From NCBI GenBank assembly GCA_963924565.1, contig OZ004611.1:21576001-21640000 (forward strand): DNA of 64,000 nucleotides. The letters are read 5' to 3'. The DNA comes from Ascidiella aspersa. Its lineage: Eukaryota. Under the pieces are notes generated by a model. That model ran no database searches. It had not been told where the DNA came from and worked only from the letters and a program-made list of their open reading frames with translations. Shown here piece by piece: positions 13,852 through 26,063 of this stretch; within the stretch, counting starts at the first letter, position 1; the number at the start of each line of letters is the position of its first letter. Both the position numbers and the translations under genes were made by a program.

Positions 13852-15853
13852 TTCTACAGCACTTCATACAGTTCGCAGCGCTTCTTCCTGTTTCAAAAGC
13901 GCCAAAAGCGGCCGAGGCCTGACCTATCCAGGAAGCGACTGCCTCGATTCCAAACCGATTACAAAGGCGCATCCGTAGAAGTTAGCAACTACGCGACAAG
14001 CCGATGCGCTGTTAGGACGGATACAGGGCGCAGAGTCAGGACCAGCAAAGACCCCCGTTTGCCGGCTGACCTTCTGTGGAATCTGTCGATCAAGAAGTCT
14101 ATGGGGAAAACTATACAATTCTATCTAGTTTCCAAGGCGTTCTTTGAAATGGACGCGAAGACAAATGCGGCTAGAGCTGCTGAACTTTTCGTTTGTATTT
14201 TGTTAATGTATTTTTTGAGATTCTCCCTAAACGAGCAACACTCGGTTAAACATTATGCCTGGCAGCAATAGTTTATTTCGTATTCTCTCTGACTTCACCA
14301 GAAAAAAACTCTTTTCTAACATTCCTAATTTACCAGCATTGGGTCGAACAACTGCATTACTATTTTAATGACATTTAAAAAGGAGAGTTAAACAGTATTT
14401 AAATTTGCTAATAGTCGATTTTAAACAATGCATTTTGAAACTTTCTCAGCTACGTAAATAAATTGGCAAGGTGCAGTTTCAAATAAGTCTGCAACGTGGA
14501 AAGTTGCCAATTGCGCTTTTGCGCCTCTGACGGAAAACAATATCCAAGCATCAGAGCTAAAACTAGCTTCTCGAAATATTTTTTTTCAAACGCCTTTTCA
14601 AATCGATTAAACTTATTCTATTTCGTTTCACTGACCGTACTAAGTTTGCTGCGAAAAACCAACATGTTTGTGTAGTTTTGTTAATCCCAACTCATATTAC
14701 TAAACTTTTGCCCAAGTTTTCTTCTTTATTATATGATTTCCAGTGTTATTGAAACATAACTTCAAATTATTCGCACTAAATTACCACGAAATGATGAACT
14801 CATTTCATCTATATCATAGTTTTGCGAAGCATCCAACAAAACAAATAGAGATTAAACTGTTTTTCGCAAAACAGTGAGGTAAAAACGCTCATTTTATCAA
14901 AATTGTATTACATTAAAACACTAAATTTTATTAGAAGTCATTTTCCAAATTAACCAAAGTCAAGTCATTTGTACAAAAAACATATCTCAGTCATTTGAAA
15001 AATTAACTTGAGTCACAACAGCACTTCTGTTTTTTCATTTCTTCTGGTGCCCTAAATCTCATTTAGCTAGCGCGTTTATATTTTTATTTGCAGGACTTCT
15101 CTGTTTACTTTCATTTCTTCATTTTCGTCGGGTAGTCAGGCCTTAATCGATTTACTAACAGGTTTCGTTCTTGTGTGTTGCAAAAACCTGAAAAGTAGGC
15201 TAAAATAGAACGAATGTGTAGGTTGACATAAGTTTTACTCCATTAGGCTAGCTACGTGACTTCGTAAGACCCACTGGTCGATAGGTTTGGCTTAGTTTCC
15301 CTAAAACGCTTAGTTTGACAAGCGGCTGGCTAAATTAATATCGTGGTCATAGGAAACGGTTTGCACGAAAATTTGGCGCCGAGAAATAAACGTTTAACGC
15401 GTTAAATGCTTTGTAGCGCAAGAAGAAAATAATATTATTATGTCCAAAGTAGCCTATTTAGCAAAACACGCTACGCTGTAAATACTCATTCCGTTATATA
15501 AAACGCTGTTTTGACTTTTATTTTGTCGCGGGCGCATGGCAATCGACAACAACCGACACTTAAAAGTAAAAAATGAGATTATCACGATCGACATGTATAG
15601 TTGGTATCATATTACAAAGGTATGATGGTATAATGTAGTTCTTATTTTTGGCTTTAAGCTCTGCTATGTACTAGATAACTAGATATTGCAGGTTGGTAAT
15701 CAAAGTGTAAAATTTTTTTAATAAAAAAAATGGCACTTGATAAACACCATAAAGAAACGGCACGACGACCCGAATCGTTCCTTATCCTCGGCGACTGTCC
15801 AAACAAAGCCGCAAAGGCGACGACGACAACAACTCCCGAAATAAAAAAAATAA

Positions 15854-18800
15854 TTAAACGAGAACAATCCGCTCGTCGGCGCCCTCGAGCAGTTTCTTTT
15901 CTTTGTGCATCCGCGATTCCTTGCCTTCGTCTTTCAGCAGCGGCCTCTCGTCGTGAATCAGTCTGCGGTCGTCGAGTACTTCGCGCAGGCGCAGACCGAG
16001 CTCGGCGGTGCCGGCGCCGTCCTGGGCGCACACCGGAACCATGGCCCGAAAGGTGGGCTGCGTCTCGGGCACCAGCTGGTACGGCAGGGTGTCTAAGTGA
16101 TCTGTTGGATGGGAGAATGCAATGTGCCAGCGAAAAGCAAGGTTTGTTTATTGCGGCGGATCTTGACCTTTTATATGGGTGTAACACAGTGTTTCCAAGC
16201 CGTTTTTGATAACGGCACCCCTTGGAAATAACAAATAGATTGCGGCACCCCTACAATATTTTTCCGTTGGTAATTTACTAGAATGACACAATAAATGGAA
16301 CTGGAACAACACACATCAACTCTACAAAACGTAGGAAGTTATAATTGGATTTATTCCACTCTAATCTTTACAAAACAAGTTGTTAGAGTTGAGCAAAAAT
16401 CAGATTTTTAAAGATTTTGAAATATCTCACGGGACCCTTGTGTATTAGAAATAGCACCCCAGGGTGCCGCGGCGCCCCGGTTGAGAAACTCTGTAACATC
16501 TTCTGGCCTGTCATTTTGAAAACCACAAGCTTGAGTTTAACTGGATAATAACTAAAATGTTATTTGCTCGTCCACCCTCTCCCTCATATAGGTCATGGTT
16601 AAGAATCCTGCCTTATTGCTTGAGGCCAGGAGCGTGAAATGCTTTAAAATAGCTTTTGTTTTTTTTCAAAATCCTTTTACTAGAAAAAGAAGCGTCATAT
16701 CTAACGACACCTTTATTGAACTTATTAGCTCAAATATACATTCATAAGTCCGCGCTGGTATCAGTTATTCGGCCAACTATGTTAGTGCCATGTTTACCTT
16801 CGATGCGGAGAAATACGTAAACAAATTTTAACCGAATAAACTGTTGAATTAAAAAAGTCACTAATCACTATGCTACCTTAAGTTTGTAGGGATGGGTACC
16901 ATAGCACCCCTACCATGGATTGTAGACTCAAAAAGTGAGTAACGAGTTTTGCGAGTATTGCCACGAGTTGCTTTTAAAAAGGATGACAAAAAATAATTTA
17001 ATTTTTTTTTAATTTTTGAGGTCAAAATGATTACCCTATGGCCTATGATAACTGATTTTTACAATCGCCATTTTAAAAGAAAAACAGGTGTTTGAAGAAT
17101 TGTGCAATGCCAAAGCGAACTAAGAAACTTCCGTTAAAATATTTTAAAAAACATAGGCCTGTACTTTAGTCAGCCAACCTGAAAATCTTTAATAACTTAG
17201 CAAAGCTTGATACATCACCAAGGCTACAAACAGGCTATTTAAAAAGGTAACATAAAGTTTCATTCTGCGTTACACTTTTTCGGCGAGATCAGCGCTAACA
17301 TTCATTAAATATACTCACCCCTATAGTTGGTAAGCTGATCTATTAGCTTGGTTAAGAGTTTATCCGAGCCCGGTGCGTCCATTTTATTTATGGCGAGTAG
17401 GGCGTCCTTCTGTAGAACGCTCTCATCATACAGCTCCAATTCCTGCAGCGTAAAATAGTTTTGAACAACTGCACATTTAGTGGTAAAAACGCGACGGTTG
17501 GTAAAACCTAGATTGTGCGATAAAATTAATTTCAGAAATATGGGCATTGCCTTTTAAGTTACTTCAAGATACTTTGGCCAAAGAAAAATTTGCACACAAC
17601 CTATTTACCAGGTGCATTTATTTTTTTATTTCTAAACGTAAACTTATACATTTAACTTTAGGTTTGGGTTATAAATCTCACAAAATAGCGTTTATTTAAC
17701 AAAGTCGACGCCTAACTGCGCCGTTTTTATTTCTTATTTTAAGATAACCTTAAAAGACAAAAAAAAAAATAAGAAAATTTCATTGTTTTCCAATAAATAG
17801 TTTAACAGGGTACTATTTACGTGATACATATTTCGTCAGCGAGTAAAAAAAATCAGGCACAAATTGTTAAAAAAACACTGCAATACTAAAACAGTCCTGA
17901 GAAACCGCAATAAAATATTGGGTAATGAAACAAAGTCTGTTATATCCACCTACTGTGTATATGTATATTATATATATAAATATATATTATAAATATACAA
18001 AAAACGGGAAAGTTACCTTGGTGAGCAGTTGAACGGTTTCGAATGCAGTTCGGAATTCGGCTCCAGGGTTCAGTTGAAATCCGTTTATGTCGACCACGTA
18101 CAACAGGATGCTGGTACGTTCGATGTGCTTTAAAAACGAGTGGCCCCTTCCCTGAAAACAAATTTAAGTTAAATGGTTAAAGGGCATATGCAAAAAATAG
18201 TTGTTTCATGGAACGCTAAAATAAGAAGAACTCTTATAAACATGTCAATCATATAATTCATCCATTCACAAAACACGGCTGGAAATGTTTTCGCATATGC
18301 TATTCCACCTAAACAATTCATAGTTTGCGGTCTTATTTTTTTTAATTTTGTACTTGGCATGCTTTGAACTTGCGCTGTCTTACTCGAGTCTGGACTCCAA
18401 AGTCTGACTCCACAGCCCTAGCCCCGAATCGCACGCATTAAACAAAATATCGAGTATCAAGTATTTTACTGGAAGGTTTATTATTATTTAGGGTGGTGAG
18501 CTTGACAAGTTTTTGCCAGAGGTGATCGGGGTATGGTAAGCACTCCAAACTCGGCATCCATGACAACACTTACCTTGTTCATAAAGGCTCCCTCGATAAG
18601 TCCTGGCAAATCGGCAAGTTGGATTTTTCGGAAATCATCGAACTCCATAATTCCTAGCTCCGGATTTACCGTCGTAACTAGAGCAAATTTACAAGATTAT
18701 AAGGAGGAATCAACCCTCTAAGTATTACCACTTCCTTGATTCTTTTTTTTGTTTGGCGAAATATAACCACATGACCACACAAGGTCTGATATAATACTTT

Positions 18801-21800
18801 AAGCATCTCCTATAACTAATTTTTTTTCTTATCACTATTTGTGTGCTCTGTATTTCAATAAATGAAATTGCCAAAAAAATGTAAACTTGGAAAAGGGACA
18901 ACAATTTTTATACAGGAGGGCAAAGGATCACAATATTTCAATGAATGCAAATTAAAATAGGACAAAATTATTTCTATATATCACATATAATGTAGCACTT
19001 CAACATTTATTGGTAAAAAAAGGCCTCGCGAAAGTGAATTGGATTTTACATAAAAAAGTTATCATGAATATGGTATATTTTTTTCAAATCATTTCTAAAT
19101 TTGCTTACAAGGGTAATCAGCAATGTTTGGAGTGGCCCGAGATAGCTTTGAAAGAAGAGTTGACTTTCCAGCATTCGGAAATCTAAAAAGTTTCTTAAAC
19201 TATAAATGTAGACATATCAATACAGCAATGGCGGTATAACCACTACATGCTTTAGCAGTAAACACAGTTATTGTAATGCATCAAGATTTTTTAAAGAAAG
19301 TTCAAATGAAGACTAAAACAAAACAATTTATTCCTTGCTATAAGTTTATAATTTTATTACATGGAAAAATATTTACTTACTATGAGCATTAAAAATAGGA
19401 AATTTAAGCTGCATATTACCTTAAAATTAGACAATACTGAGTACACACAATATAATTCAAATTAACTATTTCAGCTTAATTAATTAAAGTAAAGCTAACC
19501 TTTGGTAGTCAAAACTTACCTATGGCAGTTGCAATCATATTTATCCTTATGTTTATTTTATTTCAATATTTTCACAAGTACTTCAAGGCCTACCCAACAA
19601 AGCCCACATCAGCAATTGTTTTCAAATCAAGGTTAATGTTTCGTCGTGTGCCTCTCTTTTGCATATATCTATTGTGGTAGTTGGCACCTTTTCCACCAGT
19701 TGCAACGCAAATCTTGTCTTTAAAATCTAATATTTCACCTACATATATAAGTACAAAAATGTCAGAGAAAAAATTGCAGTTTGACCAAGATACTTAATAA
19801 TCACTCAACCTAAATATTTAGACTGCTTTATAAAGCAGTGTTTTTTCTTTAGGTGTGGCCTGTCAATAAAAATTATGTGGAATATTGCATATGTATTTAT
19901 TTACTGAACAAGCACTGACGAGTTAACGACAAAACGTTATGCTCCTTTTGCAATATACTGAACACAGTAAACCAAACAATATGAATCAGTCAGCAATGAA
20001 AATAAGAGCCGGTGCGAATTTTGAAGTTTGAAAATTAGGTAATTTATATATTTTAAGGAAATGGTACATCAAGTTTTTATGGTAAAATAACACCAAAACT
20101 ATTGGTCCAAATTTACAGATATATCGGTGAGGGTGCAAATTCACCTGATATTATTGGTAAACCAGTCTATTTCTAATTTAAACATACCCAGTTCTTCACC
20201 ACTGTCTGCATCAACAACATTGATCCCATGAGGAACTTGGACATAAATGCTAGCACCCTTCAAACCTACAAGGCTGTCTTTTCTACAAAAATAAACACGA
20301 ATTGTCAAACTATCTGAGAATTAGTGTTGAAGTTATTTTAAAATGTTAAAATATGTTTATATAACATTTAAAGATACACAATTCACATCTGTCATTGAAA
20401 AGATAACCCACAAAAAATATAATAGTAAACAAATAATACATAGCAGGAGTGGAGTTGAGATAAAATTTGCACTTCCAGTTAGGCAAGTGTCTCCCATTCT
20501 TATAATGCTAACACGCCACTACCACTATACGTCCTACAAAATTGTTAAACAGAATGTATTTTTTTGCAAAATGATCTCACAAGGAGTTAAGTTGAATAAA
20601 CTAAAGAAAATTTAAACTATTGATTTCTTGGAATCGACATAAATGTTCTGGGCAAAGAAATAGAGGTTTATTTTGTCTGTGATATTTAGAATCACAGAGC
20701 TGTCGTAATACCATAAACATCCTTTGAAACAAGTGACTTTTAACCAGTTTTTTATGGTTCATGAAGTAATGCTCTGCAAAAAGAATAGTCCACTATAACT
20801 GTATGCAGCAGGTAAAACATAATAAGATTCTAAGAATAAATAGGGTTAATTGCAGACAGTTTAATATCCATCTTGCTAACAATAATTTAGGCATATAAAC
20901 AGAGAGTTTGGTCTTGGCATGTGGCGGGTAGGTTTTTCATCCACTTTAATTAATTTGGTTGTGAGTTACTATTAATTAGTGAGCTCTTGTTATGTAGTTT
21001 TAACATTGCAAAATTTCTCCTGGGAATATTGTTAAATAAATCAACTGTTGGTTCATCATATTTTAATCATATAACACATAGCGACATGACGTTTTATAAA
21101 TAAAGTTTAAAAATATTTAGAAAAAATTCCTAATTTTCAACGATTGAAAACTAGATCACCCGATGTGTATAGTAAACAAAACAGTATATATGCCATGGTA
21201 AACCAATAGCTTATAGTTAAAAAAATCTGTTTTACTTTGTCACTAATAAAACACACAACTAAGGTTGGACATAAAATAGAATTACTACCCAAAGACTCTT
21301 TTTTAACAACTTTTTAAAAGTTTTTTAAAAGCAAAAGAATTTACTGTTTTGCATTGCAGTTAATGTACAGTTTATAACCTTAGTCATGTATAAATCTCAA
21401 GGGCCATTACCCATAAACAGTAACAAGACCTTAGTAGACCACTTGTTAATGATTATCCCACATTTTCAATTACAATATTTATGAAATATTTTATGCTATA
21501 GTGGTATACCTGCTATTTTCACCAGGGTCGGCTAAAAAACGCTTTGTTTTATTTTTACGCTGCATGTCTCTTAGGCAGAGACCTTTGTCAGTGGAAGCAA
21601 CTAAATATACATCGCCGCCTTTTCCTCCAATACCACCAAGGCTCCGCAAGCCAGCACCACCACTACCACCTCGAACATAGATTCTCAACTTGTCAACAAA
21701 TTTCTTGTTATACTGCAACAAAAAAATAAACTACATATACTTTATGCCTTTACAGTTGTTTGAGGTGCAGGTTTGAATTGAATTGTTTAAAAAACATGTG

Positions 21801-22419
21801 GGTTTACATGTCATACTTTTTACAGTGGATATAATAGGTAAAGAACAGGGGCTAAATTACATAAAACGATTTAAGTAACTTAAGCTATGTTGCTGGTCTA
21901 GCATCTTACTACAACAATTTGAACTATGACAAAACAAGTTGTCAAAGTTGAAATTTTATGTAAGGCTTAACAATAATAATAATAAAAATTCTTGACCCAC
22001 CCAATCTCAAACGCTAACTTGCACCCTAACCCAAATATTGTTAGCAATATGAACCCCGAACAAAAATGTGGTTGGATTATAGACCAGCGTCAAAACTATT
22101 ACTACACAACTGTCAAATTTAAATAGAAACTTTGCTGATGTTAAACAAAAAAATAAGGACTTTTGACCAACTTTTATTTATCACGTTTATTTTGCATAAA
22201 ATTCAAATCTTTTACGCTTGCTTCATAATAACTTAGGGCAGAGAAGCAATAAAACCAAAATAAACACTTTTATTAAATACATGAATAAATTGTACACAGT
22301 CTCTGTCATGTAATAATAGTCTAATTTTTTTTAAGATATAAGATAATTTTTTTACAGGTTAAAGATATACTTAAAATACTTACGTATCTGACCAAATTGA
22401 AACATGTTAACTGCACCAT
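15854..22419 (-). CDS. GTPBP10: GTP-binding protein 10 (Obg/ObgH2-family GTPase), 9 coding exons, 387 aa
   Basis: Exons (minus): 22419-22384, 21712-21510, 20282-20188, 19738-19594, 19182-19109, 18677-18574, 18151-18017, 17442-17319, 16101-15854. All introns are GT-AG and phases are consistent (1164 nt). Motifs: [15 protein letters not shown]...GGKGGDV (Obg fold), [15 protein letters not shown] (G1), YPFTT (G2), DLPGLIEG (G3), [12 protein letters not shown] (G4). The N-terminus MVQLTC..FVDKLR resembles GTPBP10 rather than GTPBP5. Confidence 0.93.
16187..16490. mobile_element. hAT-like MITE in the last intron of GTPBP10
   Basis: CAGTGTTTCCAAGCC ... GGTTGAGAAACT with GGCACCC subterminal motifs. 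Flanks GTGTAACA/CTGTAACA resemble an 8-bp TSD. Confidence 0.6.
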
Positions 22420-23109
22420 TGTTTTCCTATTAGCAAATGATTTCACTTGTTGATTACCAACTTTGCTGGCTAATTAAAACTTTAACGCATTAAGCATAAG
22501 CATTGCTGTACAAAACAAAACAAGCATGAGAATTCGGGTAATCCCCCTGCATGGTAACTTGATTGTTAAAAGTATTTATTTTTGTAACATTAATTAAAAA
22601 ACATTTATTAAATTAATTTCATTTATGTTTCTAATTTAGACAAAACAAAGCTGCCATATCGTAATTCCGTTTAAATGTACAGTGAGGCTAAGGAATGTCA
22701 CCTATTTTGGACCATAGTAATGGATTTAAACAATCTAGTTCAGTGGCGCACGAGTTCGCTGGACAACACAGATGTTTTTAGATTAATTATTTGATTAAGT
22801 AACCTTGTGACGTCATACCTGAAATTTTTTAGGCCCCCTAAACAAAAATACTGGATCCACCCCTGCACATAACATACCGCGATACCAGAACAACTTTCGA
22901 AGAAAGCTTGCCTTCTTTAGCAAGAAAATAGGGCGTTTAAGAGTAAATGGGAAGACAAACATTTTGCCCTTTTATGTGGTTAGTTTAATTGCAATTTATT
23001 TTTAATAAAGGCTATTGCTTGGCGTTTTTTTTTTAACCCGAATATTCAAATTTGGCTCACATGCTTACTAAGGTTGAGAACCACTCATCAAGTTGGTTAA
23101 ACGCAGTTG

Positions 23110-23984
23110 ATTTTTCACTGAAAATCAAGCTCCTTTGGTACCCATGTTCCGTTACGCACGACCATAACATAAATACCTGTTTCATCTTTTCTATTAATAA
23201 GATAAACCTCTTGGAACATAGTCGACGATTATTTGTCGTTGTCATTGGATATTCCATTTGTGACTTGAAACCCCGCTTGATAACCTTTTCTAGACGCATG
23301 TATAGAGTATGATAACGCGCTTCCAACGTTTATTAAGTGATTTCCGTACATCAGAAATTATATTTCATCTGTGAACCAACGCTAAAAGAACGCATTTGAA
23401 GAGTAGGCTATGAACAAACATTGAAATATTTATACCAACAAAAAACAATCTAATTTACCACGCTTTGCATTGAGGTAAAACTTTTAATTTAATTTTTATT
23501 TTAATCCTCTGCATATGTTCATATATTTACTCCTCAAGAGTTGTTTGTGGGTAGAAGGATAACCTTATGGTATTGTTATTGTTAGACGAAAGTCCACATC
23601 CGAAGGCACAAAAACTCTTTTTTTTTAATTTGCATATACAAAAAGTTTGCATATACAGTAGGCTACAGTATAACGGTAAAGGTCATTGAACAACGTGAAT
23701 AGGTCAACCAACCACTTAATTTTATTTTATCACCATTTAGGTGTTCGTGTTCGCTTCAAGTTAAAGTTCAATGAAGAATACTCACAGTACCGATATCATC
23801 ATTGAAAGCATCCATGTTTTTGTGCCAGGCCTTATTGTGCAAACTTTTTGCGGCCAATGCTATTGATCGATGGATTGATTTTTGTTTATTTTGGCATTAG
23901 CTTCGCATAGTATCAAGTATATCAAACACACACTGATGTAAGCAGAGTATGGTACGATAGTATGAAAATATGGACTCCAGCCAT
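23110..23984 (-). pseudogene. Possible decayed secreted sushi/CCP-domain gene remnant
   Basis: Minus strand. A signal-peptide-like stretch (YISVCLIYLILCEANA) ends at a GTGAGT donor (23785). An acceptor lies at 23369-23370. Then VGSALSYS..KGYQ...NGTWVPKELDFQ* follows, with stops and frameshifts. Pattern match only. Confidence 0.25.
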
Positions 23985-24691
23985 AAGACCAAGATAAGAA
24001 CAACACCAACGTCAGAATAAAACACAATTCGGAATAAGACCAAAATAAGACTAATACCTATGGTATTAGTACCGTCTAAATCGTAATAAGTCCTAAATCC
24101 GTCGGAATAAGAACTAAAAGGCCAAAATCAGGCCTAAACAACACTTTAACTAACCCCAAACCCCACCCCTAAGTACATCACTAACTCCCCTAAAATTTTC
24201 AACATTAACCCATTTTCTAACCCCACCCATTACCCACCAATAACCCCAAACAGGACAAAAAATCCGGTGCCGAAACAGCGGCGCCCTGACGGCGCCGGTC
24301 AGACTAGGGCGTCCAAACGTAGTCACCAAAACGGCCGATGCCAGACCGATGGCCCCCGATCGTCCCATACCCTCTACTTACAGGTTAGGGCGTTATTCTG
24401 GCCATTTAGGCCTTCTTTCGATGAATTTAGGCCTTATTCCGATGAAATTAGAACTTATTCCGATGAATTTAGGCCTTATTCCGTTGAATTTAGGCCTTAT
24501 TCCGATGAATTTAGAACTTATTCCGTTGAATTTAGGCCTTATTCCGTTGAATTTAGGCCTTATTCCGATGAATTTAGAACTAATTCTGATGAATTTAGGC
24601 CTTATTCCCTATGTCGTTTGTCTTAATACTATGGTTTTATAGTTTTTTGGGCTTTATGTATTGTTGCTTTTTAGGTCTTATTGTGTGTTCC
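23985..24691. mobile_element. Foldback-like non-autonomous DNA element (modular inverted arms, TAACCC-rich and GC-rich core)
   Basis: The left arm is made of ATAAGAC(C) units and the right arm of inverted GG(T/C)CTTAT units. The core (AAAAAATCCGGTGCC...ACGGCCGATGCCAGACC.ATGGCCCCCGATCGTCCCATACC) is shared with the copy at 59736-60639. Boundaries approximate. Confidence 0.75.
24420..24608. repeat. 21-bp tandem array, 9 copies (G(A/T)TGAATTTAGGCCTTATTCC)
   Basis: Nine contiguous 21-mers with no spacers. The AGAACT variant occurs at units 2, 5 and 8. Confidence 0.95.
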
Positions 24692-24899
24692 CGAAAATAT
24701 ACCCGATGGATATTCAACTTTCCAAATGAAAAAAATGAAAAAAATGACACTAATGGTCGATGACTACAAAAGCTACAACGGTATAGTTTTTATGCTAAAC
24801 CGTCTGTTTGTCTATGTTAGTTGTTATCGATGGGCCAATTGTTTGATCGATGGGCCTGGAGCTGCAGTCAACGTCATGTTGGCCGTTGACCCCAACATT

Positions 24900-25030
24900 T
24901 AGCCCTTACGTACGACCTAATTTCCTCAGACGCTCTACAGCGCGCAGTCAGTTTGCGCAGATGCTTGTTTGTTTTTCTCTCTCTCTCGTTCTCGTACAAG
25001 ACGATTCAGAATCAGCTGATCAGACCAGTA
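24900..25030 (+). promoter_or_regulatory. Probable PCTP core promoter and non-coding first exon
   Basis: CpG-rich patch, Inr-like TCAGTT (24948-24953), CT-rich leader, and a donor-like GTAAGA at 25028. A matching acceptor TTTTTAG lies at 25999-26000, upstream of the PCTP ATG. Confidence 0.4.
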
Positions 25031-26063
25031 AGACATAGGCATGATTCGGTCGTTTTTTGTTGATAAGTGTAGTAGTAGTTTCTATAGGTGTATAGGTCAC
25101 TCGGCACAATCTGTAAATGCGATCGTGACAACAAAAATAGTTTAACGGCCATAATTTCCATATCAGGCTATAGCAGTTATCGAACTAGTCTATCTAATTC
25201 TTAACGAAACTGCAGTAAGGCAGCGCCTCAGCGGTAATGCAAATTTACAGCGCCTAATGTTTACGTTTGGCCTGTGCTTAGGAATGTTGATGTTTGTTTT
25301 GAATTTTGTTAACGGTTAACTGTGTGCGGCGGACGTTTTAAAGCAATAGGGCTGAATGTTGTCTGCCATATGGACTCGGCGATGTGATAATATGCAACTG
25401 CCGTGGTGATAGGGTAGCTTGGCTTATGTTTTGCAGTGTGCTTTGCTAAATTGCACGCGTTTCCGGCGTTTGTACATGGATCTATTTGTAAATTTGTGAT
25501 CTTACTAGGTCAAACAAGTTTGAAAAGGCATTTATGTGGACATTTAAGTCGCTGTAAACCGATATAAACTTAGTAGTTTCAAATTTTGTAAATGTTTTTA
25601 TAGATTACTACTATTTCATATCAATTTCTACTTTTCTACATCATTTAAAATGTTAACATTTTAGTGAGAATTGCGAGTATATTTTAAAGAAACACAGGGT
25701 ATTACATGATACCAAAAAGAGAAATGTGTGATATGTAAATTAAGAAGAAAGAATTCCAAGGCTGGTCCTTTTTAATAAAGGTGGTTGTACATTGTAGGAA
25801 TTAAATAACCATCACTCTAATATCATACTAAATAATTTATTCATTTGTAAATTTCTGTTTTGAATTTAATTTTATATTGCACAAAGTTGAATGGCTTTGC
25901 ATCATTTTTATTCTTTGGTGTTTTTAAGGTCCATATAAAAAACACGCTTTTGTATACAAAAAAACACCCCGACTTAACCTACAATTTTTAATGTTTTTAG
26001 CCATTGAACTACAGATTTTATCTCTGTTTTCATTTATTATTTGACTATAACTTAACATCCAAC

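Noticed and set aside
16092-16094. Alternative GTPBP10 exon-9 acceptor (TTAG)
   Set aside because: It is in frame, but the CAG 9 nt upstream has better context and restores the length expected from homologues. Not excluded as a minor site.
15654-16209. Long overlapping ORFs (177 aa minus, 159 aa plus)
   Set aside because: These are shadow frames of the GC-rich GTPBP10 last exon.
24420-24608. CRISPR-like palindromic repeats, and repeat ORFs 24267-24626 and 24349-24642
   Set aside because: The repeats are contiguous with no unique spacers, there are no cas genes and the context is eukaryotic. The ORFs are read-throughs of a 21-bp array inside a transposon.
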